IMG/VR virus record: IMGVR_UViG_3300005526_000003
Span: 1-50,056 of that record
Strand: one strand, 5' to 3'
From: a virus
Taxonomy: Duplodnaviria > Caudoviricetes
Length of the DNA: 50,056 bases
This document shows, in pieces, positions 24,183 to 34,284 of the stretch. The notes under the pieces were generated by a model. That model made no database searches. It worked only from the letters and a program-made list of their open reading frames with translations, and was not told where the DNA came from. Made by a program: the position numbers and the translations under genes. The stretch's first letter is position 1. Each line of letters opens with the position of its first letter.

Positions 24183-25518
24183 ATCGCATCCCTATGCAGT
24201 AGCCGTGCTTCTGCAGCCGCTTCAGGTTAACCTCGAGGCTCGCTCCGATATCGGTGCGGAACATCAGGTTGGAGGGGATGCTCAGGCCCCAGGCCACTTC
24301 GTAGGCGGCGTTGGCCGCCTCCCGTACCGTCTCGCCGGTGCCTGTCACTACGCAGGGGAAGTTACCCGCCGTGCAAATCTCCGAAACATTCTCCACTTTA
24401 TCCCCCACCAGCATCGGCATCTTCCCCATCATCGCCTCCTGCCAGTGGATATTCTTCTCCACCCTCTCGCTCACTCCGTAGATCGGATACCCTTCCCAAG
24501 TCCCAAGAGGATCCTTCGGACGCGAATCTCCCCCGCGTGGGAAATCTCCATGCACCAGGCACACGCCCACGGCTATATCGGAGGAGGGGCGGAAGGTGTC
24601 CTTCCCTTCCAGCAGGTCCTTCATCCACTCCACCGGGTCTCCCCGAAGCAGGGCCTGACGAATACAGAAGTCGGGCCATCCGAGTCTCATTGTGAATTCC
24701 AGCGGCCATGCGTTCCCCTTCTTATCCACGATGCAATTGACATTACAGTCGCCCACGTAATTGATCTGATGGAGGTAATCGGAGATGGGGTCGAGGATAT
24801 CGTCGAACAGTTTGCTGCGGGGGACGTGTCGGATAACTGTGCCCATCTCCCCAGTGTTCTCCCCGAGGTTGTCGTTGAGGAATTTCTTGTGCTCAAAGCT
24901 CTCCTCCAACATCCGACACCAGCCGGCGGGGCCGAACATCCCCGAGATCCCAACCTCCACCCCTTCGGTCTTCTCCTGCATCATCAGCTGTCCTTTGAAC
25001 TTCCCCTCCTTCTTCCACCGCAGCACGGTAAAGATCGCATCGTCCACGGTGCTGGAGACGTAGGTCATCGCCTTGTCGGCCTCCCCTCCCCAGGGCTTCA
25101 TCGCGTAGGGCTGGCGGGTCTTGATGATTAGCTCAATAGCCTCCTCTGGACTGGAGACCACCTTGTAGGGGATTGTCTCCACGCCAGAGTCCTGGAGGAC
25201 CTGCTGGCCCAGCTCGCGATTGCACTCCAACTCCGCCGCTTTCAAATTGCAGCCGAAGATCGGATAGCCCTTTCCGAAGTAGGGCACTAGGTCCGGCATG
25301 AAGTTCGCATTGCCCGTCAGGATCACCAGGTCCGCCCACTCCATACTGGGCTGCCACTCTTTTACTTTACCTATCATCCCATCCCCATAGGGGCGAGAAT
25401 CGCCCGTGCCGGCGAAGGGGGGAAGCCAGTACCTCACATCGTGGTCAGCGTTAAACGCGCGCACCGCCAAGTCGAGGCCGCTGGCCTCCCCTGCGTTGTC
25501 CATCAAGAAGACCTTCAT
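24175..25518 (-). CDS. PurD (GARS)-like ATP-grasp ligase
   Basis: AAELE, MKP, QEK..GVE, FEHKK…GENTGEMG, LEFTMRLGWP, FRTDIG; ATGA overlap at 25518. Confidence 0.85.
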   Translation of the reverse strand: MKVFLMDNAGEASGLDLAVRAFNADHDVRYWLPPFAGTGDSRPYGDGMIGKVKEWQPSMEWADLVILTGNANFMPDLVPYFGKGYPIFGCNLKAAELECNRELGQQVLQDSGVETIPYKVVSSPEEAIELIIKTRQPYAMKPWGGEADKAMTYVSSTVDDAIFTVLRWKKEGKFKGQLMMQEKTEGVEVGISGMFGPAGWCRMLEESFEHKKFLNDNLGENTGEMGTVIRHVPRSKLFDDILDPISDYLHQINYVGDCNVNCIVDKKGNAWPLEFTMRLGWPDFCIRQALLRGDPVEWMKDLLEGKDTFRPSSDIAVGVCLVHGDFPRGGDSRPKDPLGTWEGYPIYGVSERVEKNIHWQEAMMGKMPMLVGDKVENVSEICTAGNFPCVVTGTGETVREAANAAYEVAWGLSIPSNLMFRTDIGASLEVNLKRLQKHGYCIGMRYG

Positions 25519-28500
25519 TGCTCCTCCGGAGGCGTCCACGTATTCCGTACGTGCTTCTTATTCGAGTGGGGGAGGAGCAAATCCACTTCCTCCGGGCTGG
25601 CCTTGTTGAGGATCTTAATCTGTTCCTCCCAGGGCAGCCGGCTGAACATCCTCACCTCCGAAGGCAGGGTTGAGTTGAGGGAGCGAATCAGCCGGCGCTG
25701 GTCGTCGCCCGAGAGTTGGAACTTCTCCACCATCCCATCCAGCTTCTCTCCATAGCTATCCGCCCCCGACTGATAGGCCTGCCGCAGTTGTGTATACTCT
25801 TTGGAGTACTCGGCTCGTTCGAAGGGTGTCTCCCGTGGAGCAACGTAACTGCGGAAGGCCTGTTTAATATGAGCAGTGGTGACGGACTCGGTGAGGTACT
25901 TGGGCGCTGGCGTGAAGCCCATCGCGGACAACACCCCCATCTTCTCCGGTCGATCGGTGATCTGCTCCTGCATGCTACGCATGGAGATTGGTTCGATATC
26001 CGCCATCGTGTAGGCGAGAGTTTGCTCGAGCTTTGTAAAGGCGTCCGATTCTGGATCTCGAATCTTCTGCCCGAACCCATTCACGCCAGTCGCCCATTCG
26101 TGCATCAGCCCGAACAGGCCCGATCCCTTATTGAGAGCCAACTCCGAGACGCCCGACACCATGCCTTCATTCTGGATATGCTTGTACAGAGAGGCGAATT
26201 CTCGAGAGTAGAACATTGTCGTAACGCGCTGATCACTGCCATCCGGATTCTTCTCACCCGTTCTGGGAGAGATATAGTCGAGGCCCGTCGGCTGCTCCCC
26301 CGTCATCGCCCAGGTCATCAGCCCCGCCACGCCAGCGCCCAGCGCCGTGTAGGCCGAGACAAACAGGACCTTATCCATCTCCCCCTTCCTAATCCTCCCA
26401 ATCTTATCCGAGCCTTTTGCCCACTGCCCCAGGTCCAGCATCCCTCCCCCATACTCTCGGATGAAGCCGAGCTGCCAGCCGAGGCTCAGTGTATCGAGCA
26501 CAGCGATATCCTTCATCCACCGCTTCCAGAACAGCTTGTTGTAAGCCATTTCTCCGTATCTATTATCTACCGACTTCCCAATCCTCCTCATCGCCAGGAG
26601 GCGGGCGGCATCATTCTCCAGCAGTTCGGGATTACGCGCCAGCAGGCTCTTCGCATCCTTAATGGCAGATGCGGCCTTGAGGGAGGGAATCCACGCTTCG
26701 AAGACTGGCGCGCCCATCGCACTCAGCACTGCCCAGGGCGCATGCCAGGTAGCCTTCACTACATCGCCCGCAGCATGCAAGGGCCGTATCTGTCGCATCT
26801 CTGCCATCGCATCCCGCAGCGCATTCGCAAAGTTCTGCCTAGCGTTGGTCCGATACTGAACAGACATCTCCGGCGCTACACCCGTCTCGATCAGGATCTT
26901 AAGCGCCTGCGCATCCGCAGTGGTGAGCTTGCTAGTGGGAATCTGCCCCTTCCAAGCCTTCATTACCCTCCACCCCGCCTTCGGGTTCTCGAAGACTGGC
27001 CCGAAGCTCGCCCTCAGCATCTTCCCGAATCCGTGGATCGGGTTGATCTGACCGGATAGCATCTCCGCCATCGCCCTCGTATATCCTGCTGCCATGTCGA
27101 TGCCAGCGACGTGCAGCGGGTGGAATAGGCTGAGCGCCAGCCGAATCGGCACCACCGCATTCTTCAAACTCATCATCCCTCTAAACCCAATCCCCGCTAT
27201 CCCTTTATCTCCCCAGAGACTGAACGATTTAAAGGCGTTCTGCATCACCGCATCTGCATGCTGGTCGATCCAGTACACCTCTCCATTCGGCGCTCGCCAG
27301 CGGACGCTCCCCTCCGGCTGCTTCGTCCCCTCCGTCTTCTCCACTCGAAAGCTCACCTTCCCCTCCGGGTCGATATCCCTTACAATCCTTTCTCCTCCAA
27401 CCACTTTTCGAGTTGCCAAGCCAAATCGCTCAAAGTCCTGGAGAATGTTCGTATGCATCTCTGCCAGATCGCTGGCGTGCTGGCGTGCGAGCATAATATC
27501 TTCTGGGTTGGAGAATCGGGGTCGGAAGCCGGCGGCAATTGCCTCCTTATAAAGATCAAAGGATCTGTCCTTGATGAATCCTGGGTCGCCCCACTTGCTC
27601 CCATACTTCCGGGTGAAATACTCTGCGACGCCCGATGAATCCTCGAAGACGTGATAGAGATAATTTTCCCGCGGTTCATAGCTCAGCCCCGTCTTAGCAT
27701 CCTGATCCGCAATCCTCTTCCCCCAGGCGCGATAGTGGTTGGCGATCCGCTGGAGGATAGAATCGGAGAACCCTTGGCCCTTCTCGAATCGCTCGATGAA
27801 CTCGGCGGTCATATCAGGCCGAGCACGCCAGAAGTTGGCCCTCGTCTTGGAGCCGGCGTGCCACGCCGAGGTCCGCTGCTCCAGCTCAGTAATCCTACTG
27901 GCGATCGTCGCTGCGGCCAGCTTCGCATTCCGACCTAGCGACTCGGGGGAGACGGCTCGGATGATTTGCTCAACGGAGATGGCGAGAGAGGATTTCGCCT
28001 TACGGACGGCAGCATTATCAACCGGCTTCCCGATCACCGGCGTGGCTCGCTCTATGTCGCCCCTCGTAATTACTGCATCTCCCTCCCTCGCTACGATCTG
28101 GGAGATGCTGTGGTGAGGCGGCTTATGCTCGGCCTGCAGCTTGATGAGCTGCGTCCCCACCTTCATCGACTGATTCAGCAGCTGCAGCTCATGCGGTCCC
28201 TTCAGCCCGAGGTGCCGACCGATCAGCATTCCCAGCTGATTCAGCATGTTCTTCCATTTGTAGCCAATTGAAGCATACTTCTCAGAATTAGCCAGGAATT
28301 CTTGAAACTCACTATTACTAAACAGCTCAGCCACAAACTCATGCCGGGGGCTCATCCGGTTGAAGGCCATCGCAGTTCGTGCCCCATAGAAGTCCTGCCT
28401 TACGCTCGCCCCCCTCAGCCCGTAGAAGTCCCTCCCTGCCCTCTTCGCCCTGAGCCTCGCCTCTGCAATGATCTGATCCAGTTCCTTCATTATAGGTGCG

Positions 28501-29651
28501 CTGGGATTATTCACCACATGCATCGTTTCTGGAAGAGTTAGATCCCTCCCCAGCTCTGCTTTCTTCGCCTTTATATCCCGATCTAAGAAGTCCTCCATCA
28601 TATTCACAGTGGCAGAGTGGACAATCTCATGTGTAGTTGTCTGAACGATATGCGCTGCCTGCTCTCCCGTTAGAACCTCAATCTGATGTATCTCTGGCTT
28701 GTAGACGCCCAGATACCCGGGCAGCCTCCTGCTGAACATAACAGGCACATTCTTATCCATGTGCTCCGCTAGCTTAGTCAGAAAGCTCTTCGCATATCCC
28801 TCTGCGTGAGGGAGCATCCGATCAATTATTTGTCCAGCAGGAATCACTGTCTGATCGGGTAGCTTTGTCAGCCTCTCTCCCTCAATATTCGCTACCCTGC
28901 TGAACCCCATCGTCTTATCCAGCGCCGCCGTAACCGCAGCCGGCTTCACCTCCGGTGGGATCGAATCAGCCGCTCTGGTCGATTCAGTAACGTCCCTCAA
29001 CGCCACCCGCGCCTTCGCCGCCGCCTGCTCTGGAGTAGCAAGAGCCTTCGCTCCCTTCAGTCCCGGACCTGGGATGAACATCGTCCCTAGGTCGTAGGCG
29101 AAGTCCAACGCGGTGTCAGTTGCGTTGACCGTATTCAGTATATCCCTCTTATGAATCGCCCAATCAATCCCCTTCTTCTTCGCCTCATCCGGCGAAGCCG
29201 CCCTGGCGAGCAGCGCCCCCGCCCTGTCCAGCCCTCGCTGAATTGGCGCTACAATGGCCGCTCTCCCCGCTTCCAGCAGGGGTGCGATCCCAATGTTCAG
29301 CAGATCCATTGCTGTCTTCAGTCCGTGGAGAGGCTCAGCCTCCGCGCTCGGATCAGCGAAGTCTTCTTTGTACTGGGCAACCGCCTGCCGATAACCAGCC
29401 ACCGCAGCATCCAGACTCGGCTGTATCTCCTCCTGAATCTTCCCCTTCGCCTTCTCCACGCCAGGCTTCATGCCCTCCAGCTTCTTCCCTCCCTCAATCG
29501 CCACATCTCTCAGCTTGCTGCCGAGCGAAGCCGGCTTCGGCTGGGCGGCCAGCACCTCTTGGATGTTAAGCCCTCTAGCCGCCGGTGGGGGAGGGACCGT
29601 GCCCGCTGGCACGTCCGGCGTTTTCAGCGCGTCGGCGAATTCAATCGGCAT
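25515..29651 (-). CDS. Large internal virion/ejection protein with zincin-like HExxH domain
   Basis: 1378 aa, third of three ejection-type genes; THEIVH…HEFVAE. Confidence 0.75.
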   Translation of the reverse strand: MPIEFADALKTPDVPAGTVPPPPAARGLNIQEVLAAQPKPASLGSKLRDVAIEGGKKLEGMKPGVEKAKGKIQEEIQPSLDAAVAGYRQAVAQYKEDFADPSAEAEPLHGLKTAMDLLNIGIAPLLEAGRAAIVAPIQRGLDRAGALLARAASPDEAKKKGIDWAIHKRDILNTVNATDTALDFAYDLGTMFIPGPGLKGAKALATPEQAAAKARVALRDVTESTRAADSIPPEVKPAAVTAALDKTMGFSRVANIEGERLTKLPDQTVIPAGQIIDRMLPHAEGYAKSFLTKLAEHMDKNVPVMFSRRLPGYLGVYKPEIHQIEVLTGEQAAHIVQTTTHEIVHSATVNMMEDFLDRDIKAKKAELGRDLTLPETMHVVNNPSAPIMKELDQIIAEARLRAKRAGRDFYGLRGASVRQDFYGARTAMAFNRMSPRHEFVAELFSNSEFQEFLANSEKYASIGYKWKNMLNQLGMLIGRHLGLKGPHELQLLNQSMKVGTQLIKLQAEHKPPHHSISQIVAREGDAVITRGDIERATPVIGKPVDNAAVRKAKSSLAISVEQIIRAVSPESLGRNAKLAAATIASRITELEQRTSAWHAGSKTRANFWRARPDMTAEFIERFEKGQGFSDSILQRIANHYRAWGKRIADQDAKTGLSYEPRENYLYHVFEDSSGVAEYFTRKYGSKWGDPGFIKDRSFDLYKEAIAAGFRPRFSNPEDIMLARQHASDLAEMHTNILQDFERFGLATRKVVGGERIVRDIDPEGKVSFRVEKTEGTKQPEGSVRWRAPNGEVYWIDQHADAVMQNAFKSFSLWGDKGIAGIGFRGMMSLKNAVVPIRLALSLFHPLHVAGIDMAAGYTRAMAEMLSGQINPIHGFGKMLRASFGPVFENPKAGWRVMKAWKGQIPTSKLTTADAQALKILIETGVAPEMSVQYRTNARQNFANALRDAMAEMRQIRPLHAAGDVVKATWHAPWAVLSAMGAPVFEAWIPSLKAASAIKDAKSLLARNPELLENDAARLLAMRRIGKSVDNRYGEMAYNKLFWKRWMKDIAVLDTLSLGWQLGFIREYGGGMLDLGQWAKGSDKIGRIRKGEMDKVLFVSAYTALGAGVAGLMTWAMTGEQPTGLDYISPRTGEKNPDGSDQRVTTMFYSREFASLYKHIQNEGMVSGVSELALNKGSGLFGLMHEWATGVNGFGQKIRDPESDAFTKLEQTLAYTMADIEPISMRSMQEQITDRPEKMGVLSAMGFTPAPKYLTESVTTAHIKQAFRSYVAPRETPFERAEYSKEYTQLRQAYQSGADSYGEKLDGMVEKFQLSGDDQRRLIRSLNSTLPSEVRMFSRLPWEEQIKILNKASPEEVDLLLPHSNKKHVRNTWTPPEEQ

Positions 29652-30783
29652 CTGAATCGTCCTCTTCGTCCTCTTCGTCTTCCCCCTCCGTCGCCTTCAG
29701 CTCACTCTCCGTGTAGAATTTACTCCCCATCGCAATCATCGGCTGGCCATTAACCATATACCACTGATTCTGCCTGACCGACTTGGCATCCTTCGGCAGC
29801 GGTAGCGGCGCCCCCGCCTTCGATCCCTTCACCACCGGGGCCACCCGCAGGCCGGTAAAGACCCCTGAACTCCGGGCATTTTCATATACCCTGCGGGCCG
29901 CCTCAGATTCTGTCAGATGTTGATCCCTCACCATCCTCACCATCTCCTCGGCCAAAGGCCGGGAGCGAACGCGGAGATCGGCAGCATCCGCGCCAGGGTA
30001 GTCGACCTCCGCCAGATCGGTCATCGCCTTCAGCTGCTGCGCCTTCACCGGCGTCCCGCCCTCCTTCTTCACCTTCGTATCCCGATCCAAGGCGAGCTGG
30101 GTCTGGGCTCGGATCAGGGGGATCCTCGCCGCATCCACCAGCCCTGCCATCTCCGCATGTGCTCCCGCCTTCTTCCGATAGTCGACCTCCGCCTGCTCCT
30201 TCGCCGTTAGCACTGCCCGCTTTACTTCATCCATCATCCCCGGCCTCCAGGGCTGCTGAGCGAGCTGGGCGAACCTCTTATCCTTCACCACGCCAGGGTC
30301 CGCCGCCACCATCGCTTGAATAGCCTGAGCGTACCCGCCGGGGCTGTCCGGTACTCCATCTAAGATGTTGGCGAACTTCGACAGCCTATCATTCTGCATC
30401 CGATAGTTTCGAGAATCGACCTTCGACGCTGTGTCGGCTATTCGAGCGGCCGTCGAAGCCGTCTTCGCCGCGGCATCCGGCATTCCACTCTCGAGTTGAA
30501 TCGTCGCCAGCTCTGTAAAGACCCCCGAGAGTGCATCCGGGCTATTCACATCCTGGGGCGGATGGAGGTTCTGCATCAAGCTTAACATCCTCACTTGCTG
30601 CGCTAGCTGGATCTTATCCTTCTGCAGCTGCATCTGCTCTTCCTGCAGCTTGATCGGGGCCTCCTGGAGACGGAACTTATTGAGTTCCACCTCCTGCCCA
30701 CCCAGTTGGATCCTCTGCAGATCGAGCTGGCTCTCCAGCATTCCCGAGGTAAATCCACCGCCCAGTGCACCTGATTCCGGCAT
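29641..30783 (-). CDS. Internal virion/ejection protein
   Basis: Q/A-rich helical protein; position in module. Confidence 0.65.
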   Translation of the reverse strand: MPESGALGGGFTSGMLESQLDLQRIQLGGQEVELNKFRLQEAPIKLQEEQMQLQKDKIQLAQQVRMLSLMQNLHPPQDVNSPDALSGVFTELATIQLESGMPDAAAKTASTAARIADTASKVDSRNYRMQNDRLSKFANILDGVPDSPGGYAQAIQAMVAADPGVVKDKRFAQLAQQPWRPGMMDEVKRAVLTAKEQAEVDYRKKAGAHAEMAGLVDAARIPLIRAQTQLALDRDTKVKKEGGTPVKAQQLKAMTDLAEVDYPGADAADLRVRSRPLAEEMVRMVRDQHLTESEAARRVYENARSSGVFTGLRVAPVVKGSKAGAPLPLPKDAKSVRQNQWYMVNGQPMIAMGSKFYTESELKATEGEDEEDEEDDSDAD

Positions 30784-30784
30784 C

Positions 30785-32587
30785 TCACCCTCCGTACTGC
30801 GGTAGGCCCGCTATGTTCTGCCCGCTGATCCCCACCGGCGTCTGGGAATTCAGCATCCCCGCCTGCCACTGAGCGATCAGGTTCGTCAGCAAACCGCCCA
30901 CCGCACCCTTTGTAGGTGCTCCTTCGCTGGTATTTGCATCTCTCCACCCCGCTGCTCCTCCCATGGAGGTGATCCAGGGCTGGACGACTTGGGTGTAGAT
31001 TTGGGCAGGGTTGGCGTCGGGGGCGATCTTCCCTCCCTTGATGGCGTTGTTGATTGTCTCAGCCATTCCCACAGTGAATTGCGTCTCTCCCATCCTGCCG
31101 TATCGCTGGTAAAAAGGTATAGAAGAACCGCGAGAATCAAAGATTCCAGTAAGAGCTTGGAAATTCTGCGCAGGCGAAGCACCAGCAACCAGGGAGGGAT
31201 TCTTGTGGTATGCAGCGGCATAGTTGTTCCACCCCACATTCTCTGGGTCCATCTTCCCCGGGCCGAAGGCGCTGGACAGGGCACCGACCGCCGCACCGAC
31301 TCCCGCACCGATCACAGTCCCCACTCCCGGTATTACCGATCCGATCGAGGCGCCTGTCGCCGCCCCGCTCAGAGCATCCGCGCCGGTGTTCCCTGACTGC
31401 CAATTCTTCGCAAAGTTATAAACTGAGAGAGGGATGGCGGCGTAGCCCAGCGCACTTCCTACTTCGCTCGCGGTCCCGCTCGAGAGCAGCCCCGCCGCCT
31501 TTCCTCCCATCACCCCCAGCCTGGCTGCATCTATTCCCGCCTGCCCGTATCCCGACACACCGCCCGCCTTTACTCCCTGGATGATTCCCAGGATGTCGCC
31601 TCCAGCCGCGCCCACCGCGCTGAGGTTCTTCGCAATCTGCGGGTCCATGCCGGGATAGCGGGAGAGAAATGAGGCGGCGCTCAGGGCTGCTGCCCCGGGT
31701 TTGCCGCTCGCCAGATTTAATCCGATCCCTGCCAACCCGCCTCCCATCGCGGCGGCTTCCCCGCCAGCGGCTTTAAAACTGAACATTCCCGTTAGATCAG
31801 GGACCGAGACAGCACCATCTGGGTAGCTGGTAGCTCCGCCCCCTCCTCCCGCTACTAGGTCGCCTCCACTTCCACCAGCCCCAAAGAGACTGGGGATGTT
31901 ATTGAGGTTCGGATCCTGTTGGAAGGCCAGGTCTTGGTAGCCGAGGTTCAGATCCGTATCGATCCCCGGTGCTCCGGCCCAGTAGGGGGTTGCATCGCTA
32001 CTTCCGCCTCCTCCGAATCCACTCGCCAGTCTGGAGAGTAGGCTAATGCTCCCCGGCAGTCCGCCCGCAATTCCTCCGACTGAGCTACCCAAAATGTTCG
32101 AAGCGCCCGCCATGCCTTGGAGGGCCTGGAAGGGATTCGCCGGCGAGATATCCGCACCGGCGAGGTGAGAGAGAGTACCGACCTGTTGCTGATAGAACGA
32201 GTCCGCTAGACCCTGACCATACTTTATCAGATCCGCATCCATCCCTCCCGATCCGTATCCCTTGCCGCCCGGCGCCGCTGCCGTCCTCGCAATAGCCTCT
32301 GTCCCCTGGTCCATCAGGAATTGGTATCCGGGGAGCTTGGTGACCGAGCTGGGATTCTGCATCAGCTTCAGTAGGTCCGCCCCGTACCCTGCCCTGTACC
32401 CCCCGAAGGGATCGCTCTGGCGGAATACGTCCTGAGCGGCGCCCTGGAGGTGGGCGCCCTCATACAGCCCATAGAGGTTGCCGGCGAGGTTCAGCCCCGC
32501 GCTGATATCCTGCATCCAAGGAGGAGTAGTATTTCCTCCCCCTCCTCCGCCCATTGCATCGTTCAGCTGATACTGGGGAGCAGGCAT
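30785..32587 (-). CDS. DNA-transfer (ejection) protein, Gly-rich with glycine zipper
   Basis: PGYQFLMDQG…YGQGLA; GAATGASIGSVIPGVGTVIGAGVGAAVG. Confidence 0.75.
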   Translation of the reverse strand: MPAPQYQLNDAMGGGGGGNTTPPWMQDISAGLNLAGNLYGLYEGAHLQGAAQDVFRQSDPFGGYRAGYGADLLKLMQNPSSVTKLPGYQFLMDQGTEAIARTAAAPGGKGYGSGGMDADLIKYGQGLADSFYQQQVGTLSHLAGADISPANPFQALQGMAGASNILGSSVGGIAGGLPGSISLLSRLASGFGGGGSSDATPYWAGAPGIDTDLNLGYQDLAFQQDPNLNNIPSLFGAGGSGGDLVAGGGGGATSYPDGAVSVPDLTGMFSFKAAGGEAAAMGGGLAGIGLNLASGKPGAAALSAASFLSRYPGMDPQIAKNLSAVGAAGGDILGIIQGVKAGGVSGYGQAGIDAARLGVMGGKAAGLLSSGTASEVGSALGYAAIPLSVYNFAKNWQSGNTGADALSGAATGASIGSVIPGVGTVIGAGVGAAVGALSSAFGPGKMDPENVGWNNYAAAYHKNPSLVAGASPAQNFQALTGIFDSRGSSIPFYQRYGRMGETQFTVGMAETINNAIKGGKIAPDANPAQIYTQVVQPWITSMGGAAGWRDANTSEGAPTKGAVGGLLTNLIAQWQAGMLNSQTPVGISGQNIAGLPQYGG

Positions 32588-32596
32588 TCAGTTCTC

Positions 32597-32800
32597 CTAG
32601 GTCGCCGGCGTCTGTGACACCAGCACCCCATTTACAAAGATCATCGTCCCATTGGCTCCGCCGCCGGTGAGCTTCGCTGTCACGATCGTCCCGCTGAATC
32701 GGCTGGGGGCGCCCAGTTCACTAAACCAAGTCCACCACCTATTCGTGGCGTGCCCCTGCTTATCTACCATCGGTTCTCGGAGATTAGGAACGTTGCTCAC
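32597..32800 (-). CDS. Small tail-associated protein
   Basis: GTGA overlap with the gp10-like gene. Confidence 0.6.
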   Translation of the reverse strand: MSNVPNLREPMVDKQGHATNRWWTWFSELGAPSRFSGTIVTAKLTGGGANGTMIFVNGVLVSQTPAT

Positions 32801-34284
32801 GACACACCTATACTCATCGACAGATCCACCGACCGTATCCGGAACGGAGTGGGAGACATGTGGGCGAAGTGATAGGCCCGGCGAGTGAAGGTTCCCTCAT
32901 CCCGCAGCTCCGGCCTTCTCTTCCCCATATCTACTCGGCGGGGGATGCTCCAATGCTGATAATCATCATCCGACCTGCTCACGTACAGATAGCTGCCAGT
33001 CTGCTGGTCGGAGTTGAAGTACATCTTATTCAGTATCTTCCTGTTCCGGGTGCCGAAGTCAACATTCGGAGTGTAGATATGAACCGGCGCCACCACTCCA
33101 TTATCCGTCGGGAACTCATAGTCTCCCTCGAAGAAGTACACCGACCCATCATAGATGCCCTGGAGGACGTGCCGGCTATTGCTGTCGTAGGCCATCCCCG
33201 TTACCCTCCACAGGGTGTCGCCGGGGCTGGACCACTGGTACCAGAGATTCTGATCAATATCATACACCAGGGTGAAGCGGGGGGAGGTAATATCCAGCCC
33301 ACTCCCCTGGTAGGTAATCCCGTAGAAGCGATGCCCTCCATGCTTAAAGGTCCATGAGTACAGCACGGTGGGGTTCTGGGTGAGCAGTGGGTCCAGTATC
33401 CTCTCTATCGGCGGTGGGGAGATGGGAGTGATCTGCAGGTTGTCCACCCTCACAATCTGTGGCGACACCGTGCGATTCGCTGTGGCGAATATCAAGATAT
33501 CATCAATCGTCTGCGCCGTGCCCTTCAGCGCTCCATAGTTTGAGAGCGCTCCCGCCAGTGGGGAGAGCGGCGAACCGGGGGGAGGATTGTTGGCGTCATA
33601 GAAAACCTCCATGCTATTCTCCTTCAGCGCAATCACATAGTTGAGCTGCTGAGTGAGAATTATCGCCTCTCCAGGAATTGCATTCGCAATCACCTTGTTG
33701 GTGGTGGTCCAGCTGGCTGGATTGTCCAGGGCACTTCCAAATATCTGCCCCTTCTCATCCATGAAGTAGACGGTCTGATCTAAATAGGCCAGACCTCGGA
33801 TGAACGACCCTCTAGTCCCAGGGAGGGTCGGCGTGGCGTAGGCAGAGGAACTGCTAGTGTAATACATGGTGCCATCACTGGCGAAGACCAGCGTGCTGGG
33901 AGTGGGCTGGAAATAATACTTCCACCCTGAGGCTTGCGGGTCTAAGCCGTTTGGCGTTCCGAAGACTACTCCATCGTTATAGATGGAGGCGTGCGCTCCA
34001 TTGGTAAGGACAGCGAAGGCACCGGCGAGTGAACCAAACCCTCCGACTTGGGCTGTCTTAAAATAGAAGATTCCATTCCCCTGGGTGGCACCGCCAGGGA
34101 TTATATTATAATCCAGGCTATACCCAATCCTCTTCTGCACCCAGTACTCGCCGGTGTTCGGGTCTTTCTCCCCGAACGCATTCACCAGCCGGGCATCTGT
34201 AAGAACACTCTCCCCTCGGTTGGAGGGCTGGGCAATCAGCGGCCACCGATGAAGGGGACGCATCCGAGGTGCCGGTGCATTCAC
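32797..34284 (-). CDS. P22 gp10-like tail hub / packaged-DNA stabilisation protein
   Basis: Beta-propeller-like repeats; TLVYD…W..W; SRSDD…WS motifs; GTG start overlaps upstream stop. Confidence 0.75.
   Translation of the reverse strand: MNAPAPRMRPLHRWPLIAQPSNRGESVLTDARLVNAFGEKDPNTGEYWVQKRIGYSLDYNIIPGGATQGNGIFYFKTAQVGGFGSLAGAFAVLTNGAHASIYNDGVVFGTPNGLDPQASGWKYYFQPTPSTLVFASDGTMYYTSSSSAYATPTLPGTRGSFIRGLAYLDQTVYFMDEKGQIFGSALDNPASWTTTNKVIANAIPGEAIILTQQLNYVIALKENSMEVFYDANNPPPGSPLSPLAGALSNYGALKGTAQTIDDILIFATANRTVSPQIVRVDNLQITPISPPPIERILDPLLTQNPTVLYSWTFKHGGHRFYGITYQGSGLDITSPRFTLVYDIDQNLWYQWSSPGDTLWRVTGMAYDSNSRHVLQGIYDGSVYFFEGDYEFPTDNGVVAPVHIYTPNVDFGTRNRKILNKMYFNSDQQTGSYLYVSRSDDDYQHWSIPRRVDMGKRRPELRDEGTFTRRAYHFAHMSPTPFRIRSVDLSMSIGVS

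Noticed and set aside
24175-25518. Purine auxiliary metabolism or Z-DNA (PurZ) pathway
   Set aside because: PurZ is PurA-like, not PurD-like; no purZ, datZ, mazZ or other pur genes recognised; substrate motifs differ from PurD
25716-27059. Long antisense ORFs (also 24205-25131, 40246-41220, 41536-42666, 3807-4616, 14-523)
   Set aside because: Shadow frames of GC-rich genes, with no RBS or recognisable motifs
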